From: Neoechinorhynchus agilis
Taxonomy: Eukaryota > Animalia > Acanthocephala
DNA length: 64,000 nt
Direction: 5' to 3'
Assembly: GCA_051530055.1 (NCBI GenBank)
Contig: CM121342.1
Coordinates: 592,797 to 656,796, forward strand
Part shown: positions 34,556 through 46,419 of the stretch, piece after piece
How positions within the stretch are numbered: position 1 is the first letter of the stretch
Layout of the letters: every line of letters begins with the position of its first letter
Made by a program: the position numbers and the translations under genes
Notes under the pieces: generated by a model
Seen by the model: the letters and a program-made list of their open reading frames with translations, nothing else
What the model was told of the DNA's origin: nothing
Databases searched by the model: none

Positions 34556-36642
34556 GGTGGCCGTTAGGATTATCATCAAAATAAGGAGTTTCAGAAATAA
34601 GATTCGAATATCATATTCGCATACATCAAAACTATCGCTTCTAAAGCTTCATTGTCAATTTTCTAGTTTGATTTTTATCATTGTTGTTATATAATCCCAT
34701 TACTTCATCGTAAATCATCACCCAAAATAAACACAAATTTACTGGAACACAATTTAAAATTCCAATTTATTGGTACTGTTCATTTTATTTGAGATTTTTA
34801 TTCCACATGCTGATGCGCATATCGCATCTTTTGATAGACGATTCCCAAGTAGAAGACTGGCATTCGTTGATAGATTAGCAAGTAAAATGCAAAAGCTATG
34901 ATTTGATATGGGTTTAAGTAATAAGCCATATCTTCACTTGTTTCTGATATAAATAACAAAATAGATTACAAAAACACGTTAGATCATTCACACCGCCGCT
35001 CTGGATCACTCAGCTGCCGTCCGGGTGTAATGGTCGACAGGATGGATACAGCGTTCCCAAGACATCTTATAGATATTTAGTCACAGGAAAAGTGTTTTTA
35101 ACTCTTCTTAACTTGTGATTTCCAGATTTTGCGCAGATTATAGTCTTATACCCACAAAAGCCTTTTGTACATCAGCACTCCTGTTCTACTGATGACTACA
35201 TCTCGATATTGTGTTATTACTTTTTACAATTTATTCTTAAGATCAAATCGTTTTATGAAAAAAAGGAAAAGGTCAGAGAAAACAAAAATTTAAAACTGAC
35301 CTTTATTTTGATTAAATAAATATTTGAAGCATTTTGTCTATAAACTAATGAGTCACTAACGATTAGTCGAAACGCTCACGGCTCTTCATGAACTATTTAT
35401 CCTTCCTCGCTCCAGCATAAGCTACCAAAGGGTCGAAGCATCCTGCAAAGTCGGCAACTTGGTCTTTCGAGAATACCGATCTACATTGCGTTCTTGGTCT
35501 ATACCTCTCAATGATCTTATTCTTTTTATAAACAAGTCGATTAATCATCTCTTGTTCTTGTTTATCTTCGGAGTTTTCCACAAGTAATGCCATTTGCTTG
35601 ATTATGTTATCGAATAGTGAATCAACGAAGTCAAGAATCTCACATAAACAAGGAATTTCTGTTGGAAGCTTGAGAGAATCCATGGTGCTCAGCGACTGTT
35701 CATTGCTTTTCATTTTAGCGACGTGTTCAGTCACCGGGAGAATAGCCGGTTTCATTTTGCCCTTTTCCATTCCGGTGATTTCTGTGGTCTCGGCATTTTG
35801 GGTTGATGTCTCTGAAGTCACTACGGTCGTCTGCTTTGTTGTTTCCTCCGCTTTTGACTCACTTGTTTGCTCTTGGAATATTGATTCGGTAGTCACTTCA
35901 GTCGTCTGCATTGTCGTTTCCTCTATTGTTGTTGTTTCCTCTGTTTTAGGCTCGTTTATTTGCTCTTCAGTTGTTGATTCTTTAGTCACTTCAGTCGTCT
36001 GTATTGTCGTTTCCTCTGTTGTTGTTTCCTCTGTCTTTGGCTCGCTTGTTTGCTCTTCGGTTGTTGATTCTGTAGCCACGTCAGTAGTCTGAATTGTGGT
36101 TTCCTCTGTTGTTGTCATTGCCGATGAAGTCTTCAGATTATCGCAGAAGTGCACTTGACAAATTTCAATTTCTTCAGTTGAGAGGTCCGTTGTCGTTTCC
36201 TCTTCAAGCGATGCGACATCTTCTGTTGTTGACACTTTCTGAAGACCTGAGAGTTTCCAAAATGTTGACCTATTCCATTGCTGATCGTTATCATCAACAT
36301 TTCCGATCAATATCTTATCGAGTTGATCATCAGGCAGAACCAAGACCACAGCCCGCTCATCGTTCGCAAACCGGTTCTTTACCAAGTCGTATCTGTCATA
36401 ATTGGTGCTTGGTAATTGATCTCCTAGATAATCCGAAAAAATGTGCGGCGAACGTTCTCTTGGTCGTGGACGAGCGGAAGTTATATTGAAAAAACTGATC
36501 AAAGAGATCACAGCACAAATTTCGAGTGTGTTCATTGAATTCAGTTCTCGGGAAAAGACACCTTTTATTTAATAGTGGACTTGATGGGCCGAGATTGGAA
36601 GTGTTTTTTCGACCGATGTTTATCGTTTTCTGTTGACTTTTT
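34556..36642 (-). repeat. Segmental duplication module copy 3
   Basis: Reverse complement of 20310-22469. The left boundary abuts the CRE at 34555. Confidence 0.9.
35393..36535 (-). CDS. Secreted Thr/Glu-rich repeat protein, copy 3 (380 aa, 3 repeat units)
   Basis: Intact ORF; the non-repeat domains are almost identical to copy 2. Confidence 0.85.
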   Translation of the reverse strand: MNTLEICAVISLISFFNITSARPRPRERSPHIFSDYLGDQLPSTNYDRYDLVKNRFANDERAVVLVLPDDQLDKILIGNVDDNDQQWNRSTFWKLSGLQKVSTTEDVASLEEETTTDLSTEEIEICQVHFCDNLKTSSAMTTTEETTIQTTDVATESTTEEQTSEPKTEETTTEETTIQTTEVTKESTTEEQINEPKTEETTTIEETTMQTTEVTTESIFQEQTSESKAEETTKQTTVVTSETSTQNAETTEITGMEKGKMKPAILPVTEHVAKMKSNEQSLSTMDSLKLPTEIPCLCEILDFVDSLFDNIIKQMALLVENSEDKQEQEMINRLVYKKNKIIERYRPRTQCRSVFSKDQVADFAGCFDPLVAYAGARKDK

Positions 36643-37189
36643 GTTATAATGACAAGTGTTTTTGGAACTAATAGAAGTTCTGATACAATAACAACTGCTG
36701 AACCGGCTGGAATGTGCAGCAAAATGTTCAGAATCGCAACCTCTGCATCTTCAATAGCGGCATCGATAATCACACTTTATTGGAGGTTAATTTTCATTTT
36801 GACCGCAGGCAAATTTAATTTATGATTGTCGTGTCTTCACGGAGAATCGCTGATAAGAAAGCGTTTGAGGATAAAATTCGTGGTTACATAACGGAGTTGG
36901 ACCTTGGTACAGCGATTTGATCGGATTAAGACTTCAAAACGCTTGTGAGTTTGTTCGATTAGCAAAATTGTCGATTAGAACGCAGTCTGCGTACTTACGA
37001 AGTCACCATGCATCAAAAAGTTTTCCGAAAAATAGGCATCGATTTCAATAGAATAACTCCGTCCTATATCCATTCTGCCTGTTCTTTCAAAAATTATCGA
37101 AAAATGCTTTAAAACTCGCCTTCTTTCACTTCTCAATATTAAATTATCGCCCCCTACAATTTGGCTTGCGGCCTAAATTTGTCTGCCTT

Positions 37190-38300
37190 CCCACGTCACC
37201 CGTCTCATTCTACTGGATTTGTCGGAAGTATTGAACTCATGGGACAATTCACTACTCATCAAAGCCTGTTTCGATCTCGATCCACCGAACTCGTCGCAAA
37301 TCCGCTGGCTCAAATCTTATCTTCACAATCGCCAACAATACATTCATTGCTGTTCTACCCTCCCCGATCAGCCTATCCCTCACGAAAGGCGAATCTCAAG
37401 ATACTGTGGACCTACCACTTCTTTTTAATATTTTCTTAAACGACCTTAAACCTTTCCTCTCACTCTAAACTTTTCTTATATGCAGACAATCTCACCCTCA
37501 TCACCCCACCTCTCCCTCACCCTAACCTCTAACGAAATCATCCACATCAAAATTTTTTGCGCCAATCACGAACTCTACCTCAACTTTTCTAAATGCTTCG
37601 AGTTGATCCATTCACTCTCTTGCAACCCCATGTCCTACCCCGATCTTCCAAATGACAGTCGACGAATCACCTCCCTTATAATTCTGGTTCGCCAATTTAA
37701 ATCAAATTTGAAATGGGACGCGCACATCACTCTCTCCCTAAAGCACAACACCTTTAAAATCTACCTCCTCAAACGCCTCCGCCGTTTAGGAGTCCCTTCG
37801 CTCGATCTCTCCAAATTTTACTGCAGCTTTATTTTATCCGCCCTCACCTACGGCTATCCCGTCTTTTGCAATCTCTCCCAATCACAAATCCGTCGCCTTG
37901 AAAAGTTTGATAGAAGAGCCTCTAAAATTTGCACATGCCTTAATAAAATATTCATCAATCAATCAAAGCGCCTCTCAACCCTACCACCACAATTTTACAA
38001 AATTTTGTTCCTTTTTTCCCACGAGCACAGCACTCACAATCCCAATTCCTTTCATCCTCCCTCAACCTCGTACCACCTTCTATCTCCGCTCCTTTTTCCA
38101 TACTACTCGAATCCTCTCAGATATCATTACCCAAAGTAAATCCTAGGAAAGATCCAACCTTATAAATTTTCCTACAAACAATAACCACCAACATTCCCAT
38201 CTGACGGGACTTAATACCCTACCGGATATTCTCAAGCGACCGTACCCGTAATTCCCACCCGACCGAAACCACCATCCACTCCAAAATCAACAGTCCCATT
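37190..38300 (+). mobile_element. CR1/L2-type LINE, decayed RT 3' half + 3' UTR
   Basis: VTRLILLDLSE..IRWLKSYLHNRQQY and KSNLKWDAHI..YLLKRLRRLG..FYCSFILSALTYG. Same family as 46420-47725. Confidence 0.8.
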
Positions 38301-38783
38301 TAAGGAACTTATCAGAATTCATTTATTCTCCATTTCGAGTGCTCACGAGGACCCGGAGGTGCATGGTTCATCTACTTTGAAAAAATAAACTTAGTTATTA
38401 TTACACACAAGTCTTTTAAACGAAATTAAATAGACGACAAAATAGTCTAAGGTAGTTCTCATCTAACATTTGATCGTTTAAAATCCACGTCGTAATTTGG
38501 AGGCTGATTACAAATAATTTCCTTCTTAAAGGAAAACCACAAAAGATTTAAAAGACATTGTGAAATTAGTCATAGCTATGAGCGCTAAAATCGAAGCTCC
38601 CGACGGCTTAATGAATTGTGCGTCACATTTCACACTCCTATTGTACTCAAATGATTCATTAATACAGGTCTTAAATGAAAATGTTTTGCCTTTGTGTGAG
38701 GCTCTTAAGCCAAGTTTTAAATATCCATGACTATAGTAAAATTAATCTGGAAATTGTCGTTTTTTGACACCTAAGACATCTCA

Positions 38784-41200
38784 CTACCATTGTTCATCTG
38801 CTGCTTGTCTGCATTGATCCGGAAGCTTCTCCGGATGATCCATAATTTCGGTGTTCATGCATATCTTCCTAATGGCATTTGTAGCCGCTGCAACAACTAT
38901 TTATGAAACCGTGCGATTATCTATATATCCTTCTTACCTGGTCTTAAATAATCCAGCGTCAAATACGTATTCAGCCATTGCATAGTAGTTTTATAAAGAT
39001 CTTGTGGATTGCATACATGAACGGTTGAGCAATAGGTCTCATACACAGGCTTAAGAATTTGAGCCATTAAATAGAACTTCCAGCTCTTTGTGGTTTCCTC
39101 TCGAACATAATCATGGAATAATTGTAGAGCATATTGATTGTCTGGTTGGCAATTCGATAGATGGGTTACAAGACCAGTTAAAGGCAATTGCTTTTGACAG
39201 TCACTAATTCTTTTCTCAAGGTTGTTTGAAATTGTCTTACAACGCATAATCTCGTGTTTAAGACCCTCAACTTCATTGCGTAGTTGCACTACATATTCAG
39301 ACGTCTTTTTAAGAACACCCGCTTTACTTATACGAATATTGCTAACTAGTCCGGGTACCATATCTTTTAAGACCTTTAGAGAATCCTTGGAGTGAGATTG
39401 AGATGCTCTTGGAAGACGTTGTTGATGGCACTGCTCTTGTGGAGGGCAAATGTCCATAAGTAATGGCGGTTCCGACAGAGGTGGCATCACTTGTTCAGCG
39501 TCGCTGTAGCCGTAATATTGGTTCGGTATAATCTGTTGATTAAGTGAATCATCGATCGTAACGTTCGTCGAAATTATATTTGCGTCAATGTCTGTCATTT
39601 GCCGCGATCCCGCAGCAATCATTGTTATTGGCAGACTCCAAGCATCCTCATTCATGCTTCCAATATCTACTTGCGAAATATTAAATATATCGCTCTTAAT
39701 TCGTTAAACAAATATTCTCTTAAGGTGCAGAAGATTGACGTTGAAATTTTCCAAACGTCTAGATATTTTTAAAATTTTAGTATTTAAGCTTAAAAAATCG
39801 TTCGAACTTTTTTTTATTGAAAAGGAAAATTTTGATTTGAAAAATTAGCTATTAGAAAAACTCACACATGCTAGAATCGTTGTTAGCATAATCAAATACA
39901 GGAAGTCCAGTGAAATTGAAGTAGTCGTTTTGATAATCCTGATAAGACATATTTGGTTGGAAAAGATCCGAATTTCTTGGATAATCTTCTGTATACGTAA
40001 ATCAGCCTTTTTAATTGAACGAAAACAAAACACCTTTGCTTTCCCCTTTCGAATGGAGAAGAAATCTAAAATCCAACTGGGCAATTAAATCATCTTCCGG
40101 GCATGTATTCATAATTTCTTTCTATTACAAGTCTAAATTAGTTCTTGAGTTCGCGTTCTACTTGAAACTTACGTCGCCCGTCTTCATTATTTCAGTCAAA
40201 ATTACCTTCGAAAAACTTCTCCATTTTTTGTATTTTTCTTTAAAACGCTCAATTTCACCTTCGCGAATAATGTTTTCGTCGTATACGGAAGGTGCATCCT
40301 GAAATGATTGCAAAAGATAATGAAAGCAAAATGTTATTAGCTATTATTATGTTAAGACACCAGCAGTCTTTTGATTTAAAAAATGGTTTGAAGTTAAAAT
40401 TCCAAATTATCTTGAAATACTTTTTATTAGAGAATTATTTTGATGGTCACGTTATCCGGGTTGCTAGAACCGATAATTATTTTTCGGATCAATGCTGTTA
40501 TGCTCCAGAATAAAATACGACAGGCGTTTTTATCCCATATCGGAAGTTTAAACGTGTTACATTTGCTTATTTTTTAAAAATTTTAAAGTGAACTGATTCA
40601 TCTCAATACGCGTTCGGCGAAATGCAATTATTATTCGTAGACGGACTTATTTTTCATGACAATAAATAGCATTTTAAACTCAAGTAGTTTTTTAAAGTCA
40701 ATGCTTTTGGTTTGAGTAACTTTTTTGTGGGTGGCCATTAGAAAACCAAAAGCTGATTTGAAATGATATTTAAGTATTAAAACTTACACTCGATTTACTG
40801 TACGGAATCCATCTTGCTCCTCGTTGAATATCTACGAGAACCAACGACTTGTGATATTAAAAATACAGCGATCTTACATAGACGGTGCCATCCGCGCCAT
40901 ATTAAATTATTTAAACGTATTTTGAGTGTAAAAGGAATGCGAAAGCCCCTAAAGCTCTTCCATTTTGGAGTGTTCAATTGTCTAATTGCTTTTGCAGGAA
41001 TTCTGAATAAATTGCGAAAAGTACCTGAATATTGCACTGAGGCTGTTGCTGATTCTTGAGAGATCCATTTCAAACATTGGCAATGAGGTCTTCTTTTCAG
41101 GATTTAGAGGAGCCACGCATTGTTCGTTCGAGAAACGTTGCACATTTTGCAATATTGGTTCTTTGTGTGATTGATCTGGCATTGGACTAGACGCCATGAC
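38784..41200 (-). CDS. MondoA/ChREBP (MLXIP-family) bHLH-ZIP protein, multi-exon; full exon structure only partly resolved
   Basis: LNTPKWKSFRG..KIRLNNLIWRGW (Mondo conserved region), EKYKKWR, NSDLFQPN, HLH-ZIP ISKAGVLKKTSEYV..CQKQLPLTG, WKFYLMAQILKPVYETY, and the last exon LRPVVAA..PEKLPDQ. Introns at 41003-41024 and 38897-38937 restore alignable frames. Confidence 0.85.
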
Positions 41201-42024
41201 CTCGCTATCCGACTCCTGTTATACACAAGTGTTAATATATTATAAATAGTAAAACCATCTTTAGAGAGTAAGAGCATTTTTATGGTGAAAATTCCCCATT
41301 TCGCATTTTTATTCTCGAGAATCGCTTATTCTGTGAATATAAGCATCTAACGCCCAACTTTCGAAAAACAAAACCTAAAAATGTGTTACTATAGAGCGCT
41401 TACCCTTCGTTCATGAACGACTGAAGACATAAAATGACCGGAATGAACAACGTCTCGTTTTTCGTTTTCTAATAATTGTTTTCTACATTGCCGCTTTGTT
41501 GTTCTAAACGTTTATTTCTTGTTTGGCAACACATTTTATTTAAATGAAATTTATCTACCTAGACAATGAGCTCCTGTGCGAAGCAGTTCGTTTGCACATC
41601 GCTCACAAATAACTAAGACGTGGGAATTTCGTGAATATATAGTGGGCTCAAGTAGGCAGGCAATGAGGTTAGTTGTGAAATGCATGAGTAAGATCTTACC
41701 AGCGCGATGTTCTAGTGAGTAATAATCTTGGGCTTTTGTGTGGAGCACATAAACTGCAAGTTGGTTGATTTTAAATGCGTAGTTGCCATCTCATTGGTTT
41801 TCTTTTCTGACTTCATATGATAAAGCGTAGAAAAACTCTTGTTTTAGTACATTGTGGTAAAGAATAAAATTTGGGTCATGGAAAAACCTAATTAAATATA
41901 AGTGCAGCCGTCGGTTATTTTAATATTAAGCATTAATGGAAAGATCCTCATTTAATAAAATTCAATAAAAGCACGCACACTATATATTCTATGAATGAAC
42001 ATAGTTTCGTTTTCTTCAAATGTT

Positions 42025-42160
42025 ATGTTTGTTCGGCAGCTTCCTTGATGGCCGCGGCATTGCCGCGTTGGATCGCCGCGCTGATTCGCTGCAACAGGAA
42101 GCTGCTGGATCGCATATCGCCGATGGCATATTTTAGCATCCCTCCCAGTCGTGGGAGGAA
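42025..42160 (-). mobile_element. CRE 3' terminal fragment, third subfamily
   Basis: Translates to SSFLLQRISAAIQRGNAAAIKEAAEQT*. Confidence 0.8.
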
Positions 42161-42379
42161 GCGAATAAAATTTAAAAAATATTATCAATTTCTCCCAAGC
42201 CCTATTGGCTTATTCAATGGGCTTCTAAATCTGCATATAATCTTCTAAAATACAAAAATTATTTTTTCAAAACGGTTCGAGATACTTTGGATTCAGCATG
42301 CCATTTTTATTAGAATGAAGAGTCATCCATCACCCTTGTTTTTTATATTATTCGAGTTCCATCCACTTTTGGATTATCG

Positions 42380-44451
42380 CAGTCCAGTCTTCGTGTGCCC
42401 AAATGAAAGTTAGGTTAGATAGAGCTTTATAGAAGGTCCCAGCAAACTTTTGCAAAAAAGACCAGACCTGAAATTGCCCCAGCATTCCAAACTGTTCTGA
42501 TTTGATTGTCATTTAAACCTAAAACTTTTCCTCTGCGTGATTTGGCCTGTGCAAGTTTCAGTAACCTATTCAGTTTTTTGAGGTCTCTTGTGGGCGATAA
42601 ATTTTTCGTAAAGTGATATCCTAGTATAGTTAATCCTGAAGACCATTTGATGTTTGAGCCAAAGAAATTTCCCAAAAAACTTTAAATACTCTTTTTTCCT
42701 TTCTTCGATTTCGATTTAACCAAAAATTTGAAGGAAAGACCCATTTTCCCTAGAGAATTTTCGAGATATATTAAACAAGATAAAAGAACTTTCTTCGCCG
42801 CCACATAGTTTGGCTCTTTGATTATCACTGTGAGATCATCAGCATAGATTGATATTGACCTCGCCATTTTGCAGTTTTGGATAATGTATTGACTGACCAG
42901 GCAAAATAGAATTGGAGATAGCGGAGAGCCTTGCGGAACTCCTTTTCGGGGATAATATGTAATTTTGTCCGGATCATCTTGAAAAAAGAAAACTTTCGAT
43001 TTTAAAATGTTTTTTATTCGTGCTATGATGTTGTAGGGGAAATAAAAGAATTTTAGCACCTTGATAATAAAATCAATAACCTGAGAGCCCCCCTGAGTTC
43101 CATTGGACCACCTTTAGCTCCATCTTACCTCCTGTTATGTAATAAGTTGCTTATCCCCTGGGCACAAACTTCGTTCTGTTCTTCCCATATTTGCTTAATA
43201 CTCTTCTCGTTTAAACCCTCGTCCCCTTCCATTTCAACATCCGAGTCATGCAGGAGATCAACAATTTCGGCATTATTTGAATATTCTTGCTTGGATCTTT
43301 TAACTGGACCTTTAATTAAATTAACCGATTTCCTTTGCAGGTCTAGAGATTTTGTGATGTTAACCATCAATGCGTCGAAATGAGCCGAGAGACGTCTTCT
43401 TAACCTTGAATAACCATTTGAATTCTTTTATCTACCAAGTTAAGGATGTTTTTGGCAAATTCATCCAGTCTCGCATCCAGATTGGGTTAGAAACCTCTTC
43501 TGGATTTTCATTGGTTAGTGCCAAAGTGCTCGTTTGGTTTGTCATCCTAATTTTTCGTGTTCTCGACCATGCCGATTCAGTTGAGTTTGATATGTTCCTT
43601 ATGCTCTGTCCCCATGCTTTAGTCTTTGAATGCTGAACATGTTCTCGAAAAGGCACAGTGTCCTTCTTGTCCGCAATTACAGCATTGTCTTTTTTGTTTG
43701 TCACATTTACTATTGTGATGATATCGAGAACAGAACGCACATCGAACTTTTTTGCTAGGACAGCGCTGAGCCCAATGTCCCCGTTGCTGACATCCTGCAC
43801 ATCTTGGGTAAATATGGTCATCCTGATATGAGATTTCATTAGCCGTGAAATTTACTTCCATTGATTGGAAGAAACATCTCATGCTGGTAAGTTTGTCTCG
43901 AATTTTCCTTGCTGCTTTTACCACAGCTTTACAATTGAACTTTTCTTCAGACTCCTTCTTATTCTCTTAACTGATATCCGGAGAAATCCCCGATACAATG
44001 AAGGTTGACTCGTATGATCCATTGGTTATCAGTACGTCCGAAGTATCGCATTCACCTAGATACTCTTCGTATTCGATTCTATAGTTATCACTTATAAGAA
44101 AAACTTTCATCTACCATGCAAAATACGTTATTGATTTGATGCGCTGGACATCGTCTTTGTATTTCCTCAGCCAAGGGGCGAGAAAACGTGTATGTATAAC
44201 TTCTCTAGGTAGAATCGGGAAGGCCATTTTTGTGTTATTTGTTCCAAGTAAACCATTTCCTTTGTACTCGCTAGGTTATTCTGAGTATGTTGAACATCGT
44301 TGGATTTTTTGTCATAATGATGACATACTTGTTTTTTCAATGTTGAGGATACCGGTATCCTAAGTTTATTGGGTGGCCGTTTGCCACCCTCCTCCGCAAC
44401 AAGAGGTTGCGGAAACATTGTTGATGTTTTTATTAGAATGACACTTTTCAA
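42380..44451 (-). mobile_element. I/Jockey-type LINE, internally deleted
   Basis: ORF1 knuckles CAGCQQRGH..CAFC..CCNCGQEGH. The ORF2 start MELKVVQWNSGG (APE N-terminus) is fused directly to RT GVPQGSPLSP..IYADDL. Confidence 0.85.
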
Positions 44452-45159
44452 TATGCATTTTGTTCATTGATTTCCTCGATTTTTGCTTTAATTCAGTATT
44501 TTTCGCTGCTAATGTCAACGTAATCGGTTAAAAAACATTTATTGCTTGTATTTTGCATTTTTAAATTTATTCCGATTTTAAAAAGATTTATTGTTACTCA
44601 ACAAAAGTATCTGTGCCAAAATCGTCTGATCAGCTTAAACAATCGTCCACATTTTCAAATTCTTGTTGCTCTGATTTAAACCACTACAGAGTGCTGCGTA
44701 TGTGGTCGGGCGACCGTTCCAGTTCACCGTAAAATTTAGTTTCTAATAAAATGAAACATGCCCATGTTTGAGGCCAAATTTATAATTTTTAACTCGGAAG
44801 ATTAAGTGAGATATGATACAACTATTTAAAAACAAAAATTTGATGGCAAATATGCTGCTGTCCAAAAGCATAAACATTAATTTGTGTAATGTTTTCGCTG
44901 TAATGTTAATATCTTACAGCGTTGGTCCATCCAAATGCAATGCAAAGACCTAAAAATAAGACATAATATTGGTCGAATGCATTAGCTGAATAAGATCGCA
45001 ATTAAGTATACGTATTTAGTCACTGTTTTGCAGCCCGATTTACTGCCTCTATTTTCCAAATGATTTGCACCTAATTATGCTTTGTAGCCTTTTAACTAAT
45101 CTCCAAAAATGTAGAAAGGTTTGAATCAACCAAAAATCTAAGTGATAGAGTAATTAGGT

Positions 45160-45240
45160 GCCCGGAGTGGCCGTGTGGTGTGCGCGTTTAAAATGCGCTC
45201 GATATGTCGAAGGTTCAACGCCACCGATCGCTGGGCTCCA
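45160..45240 (+). other. tRNA-like sequence (possible SINE head or tRNA pseudogene)
   Basis: A-box-like TGGCCGTGTGG, B-box-like GGTTCAACGCC, the stem-loop GCGCG-TTTAAAA-TGCGC, GCCCGG/CTGGGC pairing and a terminal CCA. The D and T stems are defective. Confidence 0.35.
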
Positions 45241-45460
45241 CGGGTGTGCGAGGCTGCTGGAAGGAGTGGGGTCAGGTTTGAGATCGCCCATCGGCCCCAA
45301 AAAGTGGGTTGGCCCTGTCCCCTCGAGTGCGGCTAAGCGCCTCCGATGTGTACAAGTCAGCCGAAAAGGCTCTCAGAAAAGGAATATAGCCGAAAGGCTC
45401 AAAAGAAGATGTCGCAAGACCAATCAATCTGAAGGTCCGACTGTAAGGATAAATAAATTC

Positions 45461-45957
45461 TACAATTGGTGACCCCGACAAAATTGACCGTAGTTCAACA
45501 CCCGAAGCAACTCGATCAAGCCACGTAAATGCTGTTTCGCTCCTACTTCCTCAGTTTTGGGCACGACAGCCACGATTTTGGTATGTCCAAGCTGAGGCTC
45601 AATTTGCTTTACGGAACATCTAAAGCGGCTACGTGATAAGGTTAGATCTCTGGCACACTTGCCCGTTGTGAACCATGGTAAGGAGACGACACTCGTAACG
45701 CATGTACTTAACAGAGCATCTTTCGTTTTCATCAGAAGCGGTCAGCCCGGAAATCCTCTACAGGCTTCAGGGAAATGAAAAGTTTTTCACGGTGGATTAT
45801 GGTCGAAAACCAGAAAATGTAACGATCGATAGCCTCAAATAAGCGTATATCGACCAAACGACACCTGTCCTACTCGCGCAACCTCCTAAGCGAGGTAGAT
45901 CACCTTAAAAACAACGGAAGGACCGAAACAAACCTTCTTGGAGGGAGCTACGTAGCG
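45461..45957 (+). mobile_element. Internally deleted CsRn1-like gypsy element (PBS + gag N-terminus + integrase C-terminus + PPT)
   Basis: TACA-AT-TGGTGACCCCGAC (tRNA-Trp-type PBS, 45467-45479), AVSLLLPQFW..WYVQAEAQF, FTVDYG..NVTIDSLK, and GGAGGGAG at 45940-45947. Confidence 0.75.
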
Positions 45958-46419
45958 TAGTGATGTCTCCGTGTTTTGTTGAATTATTAAAACATGTTTT
46001 GAGGCGATGGTGGATTACGACCTAACGATGCCTTCTACACCTGTTGATTTTTGAACATTTTTATTTTGATAATATTTCAGTTCTGCTGGCAATCGCATCA
46101 TTTTTTGTAGAGGATTTAGTTCAAAATTTGTTCACATTATTGAAAGCGTAAAATATCGCACATTTAAATAGAAAACATGTAAAGTATTATAAACTTAAAT
46201 GTGAGAAAAAACATTCGATCAACGATATCTGGAAAACTTTAAGAATTAGGGGAACAAAAAATACAAAACGTTGGATAAAATTTATAAAATGCACCGTCAA
46301 ATCAATTTGTGCGTGTATATAACACGTTTATTGAGAATACAAAGAAAGGTTTAGGAGGACCCATGTACCTTTGGGTCCCCATCCGTTAATATGGATATAT
46401 GCAGTCAAGGGATGCCCGT

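Noticed and set aside
36396-36773. 125-aa ORF overlapping the start of secreted gene copy 3 in another frame
   Set aside because: It crosses the duplication breakpoint at 36642. The equivalent upstream frame in copy 1 is interrupted by stops.
41952-42188. ORF listed as plus strand in the supplied track
   Set aside because: The peptide is encoded on the minus strand. The meaningful frame there is a different one, the CRE C-terminus.
45160-45240. Call as a functional tRNA-Leu(TAA) gene
   Set aside because: The D stem and T stem do not pair properly and extra bases precede the acceptor 3' strand; kept only as tRNA-like.
45158-45472. 104-aa plus-strand ORF
   Set aside because: GTG start, GC-rich tRNA-like/LTR-associated sequence and no protein motif.
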